Source of the DNA: an uncultured Acidimicrobiales bacterium
Lineage (GTDB): Bacteria; Actinomycetota; Acidimicrobiia; Acidimicrobiales; VFJN01
Reading direction: 5' to 3'
DNA length: 64,000 nucleotides
NCBI GenBank assembly: GCA_963830865.1
Contig: CAWHNU010000009.1
Coordinates: forward strand, 495,062 to 559,061
This document shows positions 1-8,331 of the stretch, piece after piece. A program made the translations under genes and the position numbers. How positions within the stretch are numbered: the first letter of the stretch is position 1; each line of letters begins with the position of its first letter. Below the pieces are notes generated by a model. That model did not search any database and was not told the DNA's origin. It saw only the letters and a list, made by a program, of their open reading frames with translations.

Positions 1-198
1 GAGACGTGGGGCCTCGAGGGCGCCGAGATCGACCGGGGCATGACCGGGCCGTACGTCGCCGCGGTCCACTTCCTGTTCGACTCGCAGGAGGCGATGCAGC
101 AGAAGCTGGCGGTCGACGGCACGGCCGCGGTGCTCGCCGACGTCGCCAACTACACCAACATCACGCCGGTCCAGCAGATCAGCGAGGTGGTGGGCTGA
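1..198 (+). CDS. EthD-family protein, C-terminal fragment (5' end outside window)
   Basis: Frame 1 is open from the window edge to TGA at 196-198 and has strong GC3 bias. The translation ...VHFLFDSQEAMQQKLAVDGTAAVLADVANYTNITPVQQISEVVG resembles EthD/TIGR02118-type C-termini (recalled, not searched). Confidence 0.55.
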   Translation, partial: ETWGLEGAEIDRGMTGPYVAAVHFLFDSQEAMQQKLAVDGTAAVLADVANYTNITPVQQISEVVG

Positions 199-1270
199 GC
201 CGGAAGCGCTGCACGAAGCCCCAGATCTCCTGGCTGGCATCGATGTCGAAGGTCGTGGGGCCGACGATCCCCTCGATCGAGCGGCTGAACTCGCTGCCGG
301 GCCACGAGTGGCCGCCACCCTGGATGATGAGAAACTCGACGGGGGCGTCGTCCGGGCAGTCGAACGTTCGGCGGATCACCTCGTCGCTCACCTGCTCGTC
401 CTCGAAGCGGTCATCGCAGCCGTCGAGCGCGGCCCAGCCGTGCACGGTCGCGGGATAGCCGACGCCGTCGAGGTCGGCGGGGGCGGTCGTCGTGGTGGTG
501 GCACCCGGGGCGGGGCCGCCACCGAACAGGGCCGACAGTCCGGGGCCCAGCCCGCCGTTGTACAGCAGGATCGGGTCGGCCGTGCCGTGCATGGTCAGCA
601 CCGGCATCGGGTGGCTCGGCTCGCAGTCGCCCGGCAGGATGATGCCCGCCACCGGCGCGATGGCGGCGACGCGGTCGGACAGGGCGCAGCCCACGACCGA
701 CGCCATCATCGCCCCGTTGGACAGGCCGGTGGCGTACACCCGGGACATGTCGATGCAGCGCTCGCCCTCGACCCTGTCGAGCACCGCGCCGACGTAGGCG
801 AGGTCGCCGGCGCCGGGGTCGGTGCCGAGGTCCCAGCGCACCGGGACGCCGGTGCCGTGGGGGAACACGGCCACGAAGCCCTCCTCGACCGCGAGCGGCC
901 CCATCTGGGTCATCCGGGCGTGGACGTCGGCGCCCTCGGACAGTCCGTGGAAGTCGAGCACCAGCGGTAGCGGGTCGGCGCCGGGCTCCCAGGCCGGTGC
1001 GGACGCGAGCCACCGGCGGGAACCGGCGGGGTCGGCGAGGGTCTCCTCGACCAGGTCGGCCGGTGGGGTGGCGGCGCCGTCGCAGCCGGCCGAGGGGACC
1101 GGGTCGGCGGCGTCGGGCTCCTCCTGCTCAGCCCGCGGGCGGCTCGTGCCGGCGGCACCGTCGGATCCGCCGCCGTCGCCCGACGAACACGCGGCGGCGA
1201 CGACCAGCACCGACGCGGCGACGAGCGCGGCGCCCCGCCACGTCGCCAGGGTGATCCGGACGGTGCGCAT
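179..1270 (-). CDS. Secreted lipoprotein esterase, PHB-depolymerase/LpqC-like alpha/beta hydrolase
   Basis: 363-aa ORF. The N-terminal signal has a lipobox-like LVVAAAC. A GLSNG nucleophile elbow (GxSxG) and an HG oxyanion-type motif (DFHGL) are present. Confidence 0.8.
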   Translation of the reverse strand: MRTVRITLATWRGAALVAASVLVVAAACSSGDGGGSDGAAGTSRPRAEQEEPDAADPVPSAGCDGAATPPADLVEETLADPAGSRRWLASAPAWEPGADPLPLVLDFHGLSEGADVHARMTQMGPLAVEEGFVAVFPHGTGVPVRWDLGTDPGAGDLAYVGAVLDRVEGERCIDMSRVYATGLSNGAMMASVVGCALSDRVAAIAPVAGIILPGDCEPSHPMPVLTMHGTADPILLYNGGLGPGLSALFGGGPAPGATTTTTAPADLDGVGYPATVHGWAALDGCDDRFEDEQVSDEVIRRTFDCPDDAPVEFLIIQGGGHSWPGSEFSRSIEGIVGPTTFDIDASQEIWGFVQRFRLSPPPR

Positions 1271-1307
1271 CGACTTCCCCCAGCTCCGGCCCGACCGCCG
1301 GTCAAGT

Positions 1308-2132
1308 TTAGGGGACGGTGTTGCGGGCGGCGACCACCGGGTCGATGCTCAGATCGAGCAGGAACAGGAGGTCGTCGGTCGGCAGGATCGCCCGCATCGC
1401 GGCCAGGACCGGTGCGTGGTCGCCGGCCGCGACCGCGTCCGCGTGGGCGTCCAGCGCCTCGACGAACGCCTCGATGTAGCGGCGCTGGTCGGCGAGGCCT
1501 GCCCGGGTGACCGGTCCGCCGTGGCCGACGTGGAGCGTCACGTCGTCGCCGAGCGTCGTCTCCAGGTGGTCGAGGGACGTGAGCCAGTCCCGCCAGCGCC
1601 CGTCGGCCAGGTAGGCGTGCATCCCGTCGTAGGCCACGTCGCCGGCGAACACGGTGTGCTCGTCGAGCCACCACAGCGAGTCCATGTCGGACTCGCCCGG
1701 CCCCAGCTCCTGGACCGTGAACGCGAGCCCGCCCAGCTCGACCCGGTCGCCGCCGTCCACCACGTGGTCGGGGAAGACGCGCTCGCTCGGCCACTCGGCG
1801 CCCATCATCGGGCCGACGATCGCCTCCTTCGTGGCATCGTCCCGGCGGATGATGCGGTCGACCTCCCGGCTGGCGACGATCGGCACCGTGTCCGGCCCGA
1901 CGATGAGGCGGGTGCCGGCGTAGTGGTCGGGGTGCGGGTGGGTGACCAGCACGCCGGCGAGCGGGAGGCCCGAGCGCTCGACCGCCTCGCGGACCATCCC
2001 GGCGTCGGACACGGTGAGCATGCCGTCCACGACCACCACGCCCTCGGGCCCGCGGACGAGGAACGAGTTGACCGGCATGACCTGTCCGGCGATGCGCCGG
2101 ATCCTGGCGTCGTGTGTCTGCATAGGACGCAC
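1308..2132 (-). CDS. MBL-fold metallo-hydrolase
   Basis: 274-aa ORF with the HxHxDH metal-binding motif (THPHPDH). Divergent from the LysR gene. Confidence 0.85.
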   Translation of the reverse strand: MRPMQTHDARIRRIAGQVMPVNSFLVRGPEGVVVVDGMLTVSDAGMVREAVERSGLPLAGVLVTHPHPDHYAGTRLIVGPDTVPIVASREVDRIIRRDDATKEAIVGPMMGAEWPSERVFPDHVVDGGDRVELGGLAFTVQELGPGESDMDSLWWLDEHTVFAGDVAYDGMHAYLADGRWRDWLTSLDHLETTLGDDVTLHVGHGGPVTRAGLADQRRYIEAFVEALDAHADAVAAGDHAPVLAAMRAILPTDDLLFLLDLSIDPVVAARNTVP

Positions 2133-2144
2133 GATCCGCCCGCG

Positions 2145-2179
2145 ATCCGCCGCGGGTCCAACACCTGTCTGCGGCGGAT
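2145..2179. promoter_or_regulatory. Perfect 9-bp inverted repeat ATCCGCCGC-N17-GCGGCGGAT in the MBL/LysR divergent region; possible LysR-type operator
   Basis: Read directly at 2145-2153 and 2171-2179. A direct repeat GATCCGCC also occurs at 2133 and 2144. The functional assignment is inference from its position between the divergent genes. Confidence 0.3.
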
Positions 2180-2209
2180 TGACCGGTTCCCGTTGTTAGC
2201 GTCGAGCGC

Positions 2210-3217
2210 GTGACGGGCGACCTCGACCTGCGGTTGGTGCGCCACTTCGTCGCCGTGGCCGAGGAGCTGCACTTCGGGCGGGCCGCCGCCCGGCTGTTCG
2301 TCGCCCAGCAGTCGCTCAGCCGCGACGTCGCCCGGCTGGAGCGCCACGTCGGCACGCCGCTGCTCGTCCGCTCGACCCGGCGGGTGGCGCTCACCCCGGA
2401 GGGCGAGCGGTTCCTCGACCGGGCGCGGCAGCTGCTCGTGCTCCAGGACGAGGCGCTGCTCGACGTGCGGTCCGCCGACCGGCCGCTGGTCGTCGACGCG
2501 GTGAGGGACGGCACCACCGCGGCCCGGGTGCTGTGGCGGGCCCGGACCTACGTCGAGGCCCGCCACCTGGAGGGTCGCTTCCACGGCGGGGTCGGGGCGG
2601 CGCTGACGGCGCTGCTCGCCGACCGGGTCGACGTCGTGTTCGGCCGGATCGGCGCCAGCCAGCGGCGGCCGACCGACCACTTGATCCGCCGGCTCGTCCG
2701 CCTGGAGCCGCTCGGCCTGATCGTGCCCGACGACCACCCGCTCGCCGAGGGGCGCAGCATCCCGCTCGCCGCGCTCGCCGGGCTCACGATCGACACCAGC
2801 GCCGGCAACACGGACGCCCCCGAGTGGGTCGATCTGGCGACCCAGCTCGTCGAGGAGCACGGCGCGATCCCGTCCCGGCCCCACCATCCGGGCATGGCCG
2901 CAGTCGCCGGAGCCGGTCCCGCCGAGACCGTGCACCACGTGCGCAGGACGGGCTGGCCGATCCTCACGCTGCTGGACGTGCCGCCGCTGCCTGGCGCCGT
3001 CGTCCAGCCGCTCGTCGATCCGGTGCCCGTCTACCCGTGGCTGGTCGTCCACCGGCCCCACCTGCGCCATCCCGGGCTCGACGCGCTGTACCGGGCCGTC
3101 GACGATCTGGCGGAGGCCGAGGGCTGGCGCCAGGCCCCCGCCGGGGCGTGGTTCGCGGCCGGGGACCGCGACCTGCTGGTGGCCGAGCCGGCCAGCTACC
3201 GCCGGCGCTCGCCGTAG
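2210..3217 (+). CDS. LysR-family transcriptional regulator
   Basis: GTG start. The N-terminal HTH LRLVRHFVAVAEELHFGRAAARLFVAQQSLSRDVARLE is typical of the LysR family, followed by a substrate-binding-type C-terminus. Confidence 0.85.
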   Translation: MTGDLDLRLVRHFVAVAEELHFGRAAARLFVAQQSLSRDVARLERHVGTPLLVRSTRRVALTPEGERFLDRARQLLVLQDEALLDVRSADRPLVVDAVRDGTTAARVLWRARTYVEARHLEGRFHGGVGAALTALLADRVDVVFGRIGASQRRPTDHLIRRLVRLEPLGLIVPDDHPLAEGRSIPLAALAGLTIDTSAGNTDAPEWVDLATQLVEEHGAIPSRPHHPGMAAVAGAGPAETVHHVRRTGWPILTLLDVPPLPGAVVQPLVDPVPVYPWLVVHRPHLRHPGLDALYRAVDDLAEAEGWRQAPAGAWFAAGDRDLLVAEPASYRRRSP

Positions 3218-4047
3218 TCGCCGAAGGGCGCGTCCCGCTCGCGCACCGCCTCGCGCCAGCCGATCTCCTGGGCCCGCCGGACGAAGTCGAGGCCCTCCTG
3301 GGTATGGCGGGCGACGCCGTCGAAGACGAACCCCAGCAGCCGGCTCGTGTCCGGCTGGTACTGGTGGCGGGCGACGTCGTTGAGCATCCACTTCATCATC
3401 TTCAGCTGGTTGAGCGGCAACCTGGCCATGCGCCCGGCGAGGGCGCCGGCGTGGGCGGCGAGGGCGTCGTCGTCGACGACCTCGAGCACCATGCCCATGG
3501 CCGCCGCCTCGTCGGCCGTGATCTCGTCGCCGGTGAACAGGTAGCGCTTGGCCCGCTCCAGGCCGAGACGGGCGACCCACAGCCACGGCGCCTCGGGCAC
3601 GCCCCACACCCGGGCCGGCGGGTAGCCGAAGCGCGCCGAGCGGGCGGCGACGATGACGTCGGCGTTGAGCACCATGTCGGTGCCGCCCGCGATGCACCAG
3701 CCCTGCACCGCGGCGACCGTCGGCTTGGAGATCTCGTGGAGCTTGGCGAAGGTCCGGCCGAACGTCCCGATCATGCCGACGTCGGCCACCGTGTCCCACA
3801 CGCGCTCCGGCGCCCCCGCCCCGGCCGTCGCGGCGCCCACGGTCGACCAGTCGAGCCCGAACCCCGCGCAGAAGGCCGGCCCCTCGGCGCACAGCAGCAC
3901 CACCCGGACGCCGTCGTCGCGGTCGGCCGCGTCGAGGGCGGCCCCAAGCTCGTCCCGGAGCCCGGGCGTGATCGTGTTGTACTCGGTTGGTCGGCACAGG
4001 ACGAGGCGGCGCACGTGGCCGTCGTCCTCGACGCGGAGGGAGGTCAT
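3196..4047 (-). CDS. Enoyl-CoA hydratase/isomerase (crotonase) family protein
   Basis: This is the internal ATG at 4047 of the 536-aa track ORF. Translation from MTSLRVEDDGHVRRLVLCRPTEYNTI... includes the crotonase-like VVLLCAEGPAFCAGFGLD. The part of the ORF upstream of this ATG translates as Arg/Gly-rich out-of-frame sequence. Confidence 0.8.
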   Translation of the reverse strand: MTSLRVEDDGHVRRLVLCRPTEYNTITPGLRDELGAALDAADRDDGVRVVLLCAEGPAFCAGFGLDWSTVGAATAGAGAPERVWDTVADVGMIGTFGRTFAKLHEISKPTVAAVQGWCIAGGTDMVLNADVIVAARSARFGYPPARVWGVPEAPWLWVARLGLERAKRYLFTGDEITADEAAAMGMVLEVVDDDALAAHAGALAGRMARLPLNQLKMMKWMLNDVARHQYQPDTSRLLGFVFDGVARHTQEGLDFVRRAQEIGWREAVRERDAPFGDYGERRR

Positions 4048-4068
4048 CGGGCAGTAGAAAACCACGCC

Positions 4069-4569
4069 ATGAGCCTCGTCGTCGTGCATGCCGGTGAGTC
4101 CGCGTCGTCGCGCACCCGGGCGGTGGCGCTGGCCGCATTGGAGATCGGCGGGGGCGGCGAGCTGGTGGAGCTGTCCCAGCTGCCGGCCGACGGCCTGCTG
4201 GGCCGGTCCGCCGACCCGGGCGTCGAGGCCGCGGTCGCCGCCGCGTCCGGGGCGTCGATCCTCGTGCTGGCCAGCCCCGTCTACAGGGCCACGGTCAGCG
4301 GGGCGCTCAAGGCGTTCCTCGACCGGTTCGCGACCGGCGCGCTGGCCGGCACCGCGGTGGTGCTGATCGCCACCGCGGCCATCCCCGAGCACTACCTGTC
4401 CCTCGACACGGGCGGCCGGGCCCTGGTGGCGAGCCTCGACGGCTGGACCGTCCCGACGGTCGTCTACGCCACGTCCCCCGACGTCGTCGACGGGGTGGTG
4501 GGCGACGCGGTGCGCGAGCGGCTGGCCAGGGCGCTGGACGAGGCGGCGATGGTCGCCGGCCGCCAGTGA
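4069..4569 (+). CDS. NAD(P)H-dependent FMN reductase (SsuE/MsuE-like)
   Basis: Internal ATG at 4069 of a 678-aa track ORF. MSLVVVHAGESASSRTRAV...ILVLASPVYRATVSGALKAFLDR has the flavodoxin-like FMN reductase pattern. Confidence 0.75.
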   Translation: MSLVVVHAGESASSRTRAVALAALEIGGGGELVELSQLPADGLLGRSADPGVEAAVAAASGASILVLASPVYRATVSGALKAFLDRFATGALAGTAVVLIATAAIPEHYLSLDTGGRALVASLDGWTVPTVVYATSPDVVDGVVGDAVRERLARALDEAAMVAGRQ

Positions 4570-4580
4570 AGCGCGTTTGT

Positions 4581-4616
4581 ACGCGGAACTGGTCGCCCCA
4601 GCGACCACTTCCGCGT
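4581..4616. repeat. Palindromic intergenic repeat (REP-like), copy 1
   Basis: ACGCGGAACTGGTCGC-CCCA-GCGACCACTTCCGCGT: a 16-bp stem with 1 mismatch. It sits directly after the FMN reductase stop. Flanks GCGTTTGT/CGTAACG extend the pairing partly. Confidence 0.8.
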
Positions 4617-4639
4617 CGTAACGGGGGATCTTCAGCTGG

Positions 4640-5131
4640 AGGGTGGCGGTCGCCGTGGCCCATGCGGCGCAGCGTGTTCCACGATGGAGCGGCGCACCAC
4701 GTCGAGCGGCTCGGGCGGCCCACTCGACGATGTGATACGGGTCAACGCGCAGCACGGCGCTGGGGCACGCGGTGGTTGGCGCACTCGCCGACCCAGATGA
4801 CCGCACGAGCAGAGATCAGCCGGATCTTGGCGGCTCGTGCCGGTCCGAGCTCATCGAAGAAGTCCTGGAGCGTCGGCGTGGTCGTTGCCCGGCCGTTGGC
4901 CGACACGAGCCGGAGGGTGTCGTGATCGACCACGACCATCAGGTACGAGTGGCCCCGCGGGTAGGAGAGCTCGTCGATGCCGCTGCGCGCGAGCCCGCCG
5001 AAGCGCTCGCGGATCTCCCGGGCCGCGGCAAGGACCCGATCCGCGGTCGGCACCCACAGTGCCGCCACGCTACGCGCATCAGGGCGACCACGGCCGTCTT
5101 CGGCGTATGCGATGACCAGCCAGGCGACCAC
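4640..5131 (-). pseudogene. ISL3-family transposase remnant (internal fragment, frameshifted, both ends missing)
   Basis: The 129-aa ORF contains GIDELSYPRGHSYLMVVVDHDTLRLV...FFDELGPARAAKIRLISA. The next frame continues CPSAVLRVDPYHIVEWAA and a third frame gives EPLDVVRRSIVEH. All three resemble ISL3 transposase core segments. I found no terminal inverted repeats. Confidence 0.65.
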
Positions 5132-5147
5132 AAACGCGAGCCGGCGG

Positions 5148-5861
5148 CTACTCCGGCTGATCGCCGTCGGTGCGGGCGTAGGTGGCGAAGGCGATCGTCG
5201 TCCGGACGGCGAAGCCCAGCCGCTCGTACACCCGGCGGGCGCCGTCGTTGCCGTGGGCCACGTGGAGGAACGGGGTGTCGCCCTCGGCGAGGATGTCCCG
5301 GGCGACGCGGCGGGTCACGGCCGTCCCCAGTCCGCGGCCGGCGACGTCCGGATGGACGCACACGGCGCTGATCTCGGTGGCCCCCGGCAGGCGCAGGCGC
5401 CGCCCGGCCATCGCCACCAGGTCGCCGTCCTCCTGCAGGCCGACGTAGCCGCCGAGGCGGACGGTCTCCGTGAAGAACGGCCCGGGCTGCGCCAGCCCGG
5501 TCAGCGCCAGCATGGCCGGGACGTCGTCCCCGGTGAGCGGCCGGAAGCCGACCCCGTCGTCGCCGACCCCGTCGTCGCGGCCGTCGCCCAGGTCCTCGGC
5601 CAGCACCATCTGGTGGCCGTACACGCAGCCCAGCTCGCGCCAGCCCGCGGGCGGGTCCGGGAGCGTCGCCCGGCTGAGCGTCGCGATGCCGCCCCGGCCG
5701 GCCAGGGCGGCGAGCGCGTCCCAGCCCTCGCCGTCGAGCCGGTCGACCGCCGAGAAGAACGACACGGCCGGCGGGTAGCGGCGGGCCGCGCCCGCCACCT
5801 CCGCCATCCCGGCGTGGGGCCCGGTCAGCGCGTGCCAGGCGGCGTTGTCGAGCCGGTCCAT
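5148..5861 (-). CDS. GNAT-family N-acetyltransferase
   Basis: Internal ATG at 5861. MDRLDNAAWHALTGPHAG...VHPDVAGRGLGTAVTRRVARDI...ARRVYERLGF carries the acetyl-CoA-binding R/QxxGxG/A motif. The start is uncertain because it overlaps the upstream gene by 37 nt. Confidence 0.75.
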   Translation of the reverse strand: MDRLDNAAWHALTGPHAGMAEVAGAARRYPPAVSFFSAVDRLDGEGWDALAALAGRGGIATLSRATLPDPPAGWRELGCVYGHQMVLAEDLGDGRDDGVGDDGVGFRPLTGDDVPAMLALTGLAQPGPFFTETVRLGGYVGLQEDGDLVAMAGRRLRLPGATEISAVCVHPDVAGRGLGTAVTRRVARDILAEGDTPFLHVAHGNDGARRVYERLGFAVRTTIAFATYARTDGDQPE

Positions 5862-6991
5862 TCCCTCGCCAGCAGCTCGTAGGACCGCACCCGGTCGGCG
5901 TGGTCGTGGGTGATCGTGGTGACGACGAGCTCGTCGGCGCCCGTCGCCCGGGCCAGCACGTCGAGCCGCTCGGCGACCGTCGCCGGCGACCCCGTGAACT
6001 GGGTGTCGACCCGGTCCTGGACCAGCGCCCGATCCTCGTCGGTCCAGCGGTGGCGGCGGGCCTCGTCGGGGGTGGGGAAGGGGATGGCGCCCTCGGCGCT
6101 GCGGATGCTGCGCACCCACAGGCCGTAGCCGGTGGCCAGCTCGCGGGCCTCGTCGTCGCTGGCCGCCACCACGACGTCGGCCGACACCGCCACGTAGGGC
6201 CGATCGAGCCGGGGGGAGGGCCGGAAGGCCGCCCGGTACGCGTCGACCGCGTCGAGCACCCCGCTCGGGGAGATGTGGTAGTTGGCCGCGAACGGCAGCC
6301 CCCGGGCGCCGGCGGCCTCGGCGCTGGCGCCGCCGGTCGATCCCATGACCCACACCTCGACCGGCGCGCCCTCGCCCGGCACGACGTGGGCCTCGGTGCC
6401 GTCGGCGCCGCGGTAGGTGCCGGCCAGGAGGGCGAGGACGTCGTCGACCTGGTCCGCGTAGTCCGGGGTCTGGGCGCCCGGCTGCTGCAGGAGACGGCCC
6501 TGGAGCCGGTAGCGCGGCGACCGGAGCATCGGGCCCAGCGGGAACGGCGGCGGGATCAGCAGGCCCTCGGGCGTGACCCGGGCCTCCCGGGGCGCCCGGG
6601 GCGCCCCGGATCGGTCGCTGCGGCCGTTGTCGCGGCCGCTGCCCGGGGCCCGCAGGATCGAGCGCCCGAGCCCGAGGTCGATGCGCCCGGGGTGGACGGC
6701 GTCCAGCAGCCCGTACTGCTCGACCACGGCCAGCGGGGTGTGGTGGCCCATCAGCACCGCCCCCGACCCGACCCGGATCGTCTCGGTGGCCGCGGCCACC
6801 AGGCCGACCACCAGGGCCGGCATCGTCCCCGCCACGCCGGGGTTGAGGTGGTGCTCGGCGATCCAGTACCGGCGGTACCCCGCGGCCTCGGCCCGCCGGG
6901 CCAGGTCGACGGTGGCGGCCAGGGCCTGGCGGGGCGTCGAGCCGCTCACCACCGGCACGAGGTCGAGCACCGACAGGGGCGGGGGGATCAT
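5825..6991 (-). CDS. LLM-class (luciferase-like) flavin-dependent oxidoreductase
   Basis: MIPPPLSVLDLVPVVSGSTPRQALAATVDLARRAEAAGYRRYWIAEHHLNPGVAG... is typical of the luciferase-like monooxygenase family. The start at 6991 overlaps the stop of the upstream gene. Confidence 0.85.
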   Translation of the reverse strand: MIPPPLSVLDLVPVVSGSTPRQALAATVDLARRAEAAGYRRYWIAEHHLNPGVAGTMPALVVGLVAAATETIRVGSGAVLMGHHTPLAVVEQYGLLDAVHPGRIDLGLGRSILRAPGSGRDNGRSDRSGAPRAPREARVTPEGLLIPPPFPLGPMLRSPRYRLQGRLLQQPGAQTPDYADQVDDVLALLAGTYRGADGTEAHVVPGEGAPVEVWVMGSTGGASAEAAGARGLPFAANYHISPSGVLDAVDAYRAAFRPSPRLDRPYVAVSADVVVAASDDEARELATGYGLWVRSIRSAEGAIPFPTPDEARRHRWTDEDRALVQDRVDTQFTGSPATVAERLDVLARATGADELVVTTITHDHADRVRSYELLAREWTGSTTPPGTR

Positions 6992-8331
6992 GCGGTGGCG
7001 CTCCCCGGCCGGTCGCGGGCGGCCGGTGACGCCGGGGGCAGCCCGAGATGTGCCCGCAGGGTCGTCGTCTCGTAGTCGGCCCGCAGCGAGCCCCGCTCCT
7101 GGAGCAGCGGCACGACCCGGTCCACGAAGTCGTCGATCCCGGTCGGCGTCAGGTGGGGGATGAGGATGACCCCGTCGGCCGCGTCGGACTGGACGAAGTC
7201 GTCGACCGCGTCGGCCACCTGGGTCGGCGTGCCGATGAACGTCTGCCGCCCGGTGACCTCGATGACCAGCTCGCGGATCGACAGCTTCCCGGCCTCGGCC
7301 CGGGCTCGCCAGTCGGCCGCCGTGGCGAGCGGGTCGGCCCACATGCGGGCGCGGCCCTGGATGATCGACGGCGACGTGACGTCGGGGTCGACGTCCGGCA
7401 GCGGGCCGTCGGGGTCGTAGGCGGACAGGTCGCGGTTCCACACCTGCTCGAGCTGGAGGATGGCCGTCTGCGGGCTGACCTGCTGGCGGCGGATGTGCGC
7501 GGCGCGCTCGGCGGCATCGTCCGGTGTGTCGCCGACGACGTAGGTGGTGGCCGGGATGATCTTCAGCTCGTCGGGCGTCCGCCCGTACCGCGCCAGGCGG
7601 CCCTTGACGTCGGCGAAGAACGCCCGGGCGGCCGCAGGCCGCGAGTGCCGGCTGAAGATGGCGTCCGCCGTCGCCGCGGCCAGCTCGCGGCCGGGCTCGC
7701 TGTCGCCGGCCTGGAGGATGACCGGGTGGCGCTGGGGGCTGCGCGGGATGCCGAAGCGCCCGTGGATGTCCACGTGGCGGCCGGCGTAGGCGAACGGGGC
7801 GGGGGCGTTGTCGCCCGCGGCGTCCCACATGCGCACCGCCGCCCGGATGACGTCCTCCGCCCGGGCGTAGCGCTCGGCGTAGTCGAGGTAGCCGCCCCGG
7901 CGGAAGTTCTCGCCCGTGAATGCGTCGGAGGAGGTCACCACGTTCCAGCCGGCCCGGCCGCCGGAGAGGTGGTCGAGCGTGGCGAGCTGGCGGGCCACCT
8001 CGTAGGGCTCGTGGAAGGTGGCGTTGAGGGTGCCGGCCAGGCCCAGGTGGCTGGTGACGGCGGCCAGCGCCGCCAGCACGGTCACGGTGTCGGGGCGGCC
8101 GACGACGTCGAGGTCGTGGATGTGGCCGCCCTGCTCGCGCAGGCGCAGGCCCTCGGCCAGGAAGAAGAAGTCGAAGCGGCCCCGCTCGGCGGTCCGGGCG
8201 AGGTGCTCGAACGAGGCGAAGTCGATCTGGCTGCCGGCGGCGGGGTCGGCCCACACGGTCGTGTTGTTCACGCCCGGGAAGTGGGCGGCGAGGATGACCT
8301 GCTTCCGGGGGTGCGCACCGGCCGCGGTCAC
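6988..8331 (-). CDS. NtaA/SnaA/DszA-family FMN-dependent monooxygenase
   Basis: GTG start at 8331 in a GTGA overlap with the upstream stop. HFPGVNNTTVWADPAAGSQIDFASFEHLARTAERGRFDFFFLAEGLRLRE and LDHLSGGRAGWNVVTS match the nitrilotriacetate monooxygenase component A family pattern. Confidence 0.85.
   Translation of the reverse strand: MTAAGAHPRKQVILAAHFPGVNNTTVWADPAAGSQIDFASFEHLARTAERGRFDFFFLAEGLRLREQGGHIHDLDVVGRPDTVTVLAALAAVTSHLGLAGTLNATFHEPYEVARQLATLDHLSGGRAGWNVVTSSDAFTGENFRRGGYLDYAERYARAEDVIRAAVRMWDAAGDNAPAPFAYAGRHVDIHGRFGIPRSPQRHPVILQAGDSEPGRELAAATADAIFSRHSRPAAARAFFADVKGRLARYGRTPDELKIIPATTYVVGDTPDDAAERAAHIRRQQVSPQTAILQLEQVWNRDLSAYDPDGPLPDVDPDVTSPSIIQGRARMWADPLATAADWRARAEAGKLSIRELVIEVTGRQTFIGTPTQVADAVDDFVQSDAADGVILIPHLTPTGIDDFVDRVVPLLQERGSLRADYETTTLRAHLGLPPASPAARDRPGSATA

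Noticed and set aside
910-4138. Very long ORFs antisense to or out of frame with annotated genes. Examples: 910..2517(-), 1805..4138(-), 6988..10104 upstream part, 29121..31607(-), 59253..62435(-), 59423..62398(+), 61095..63872(+).
   Set aside because: Their translations are monotonous Arg/Pro/Gly/Ala strings typical of non-coding frames in high-GC DNA, where stop codons are rare. They lack GC3 bias, and each overlaps a gene with clear family motifs. I treat them as shadow ORFs.
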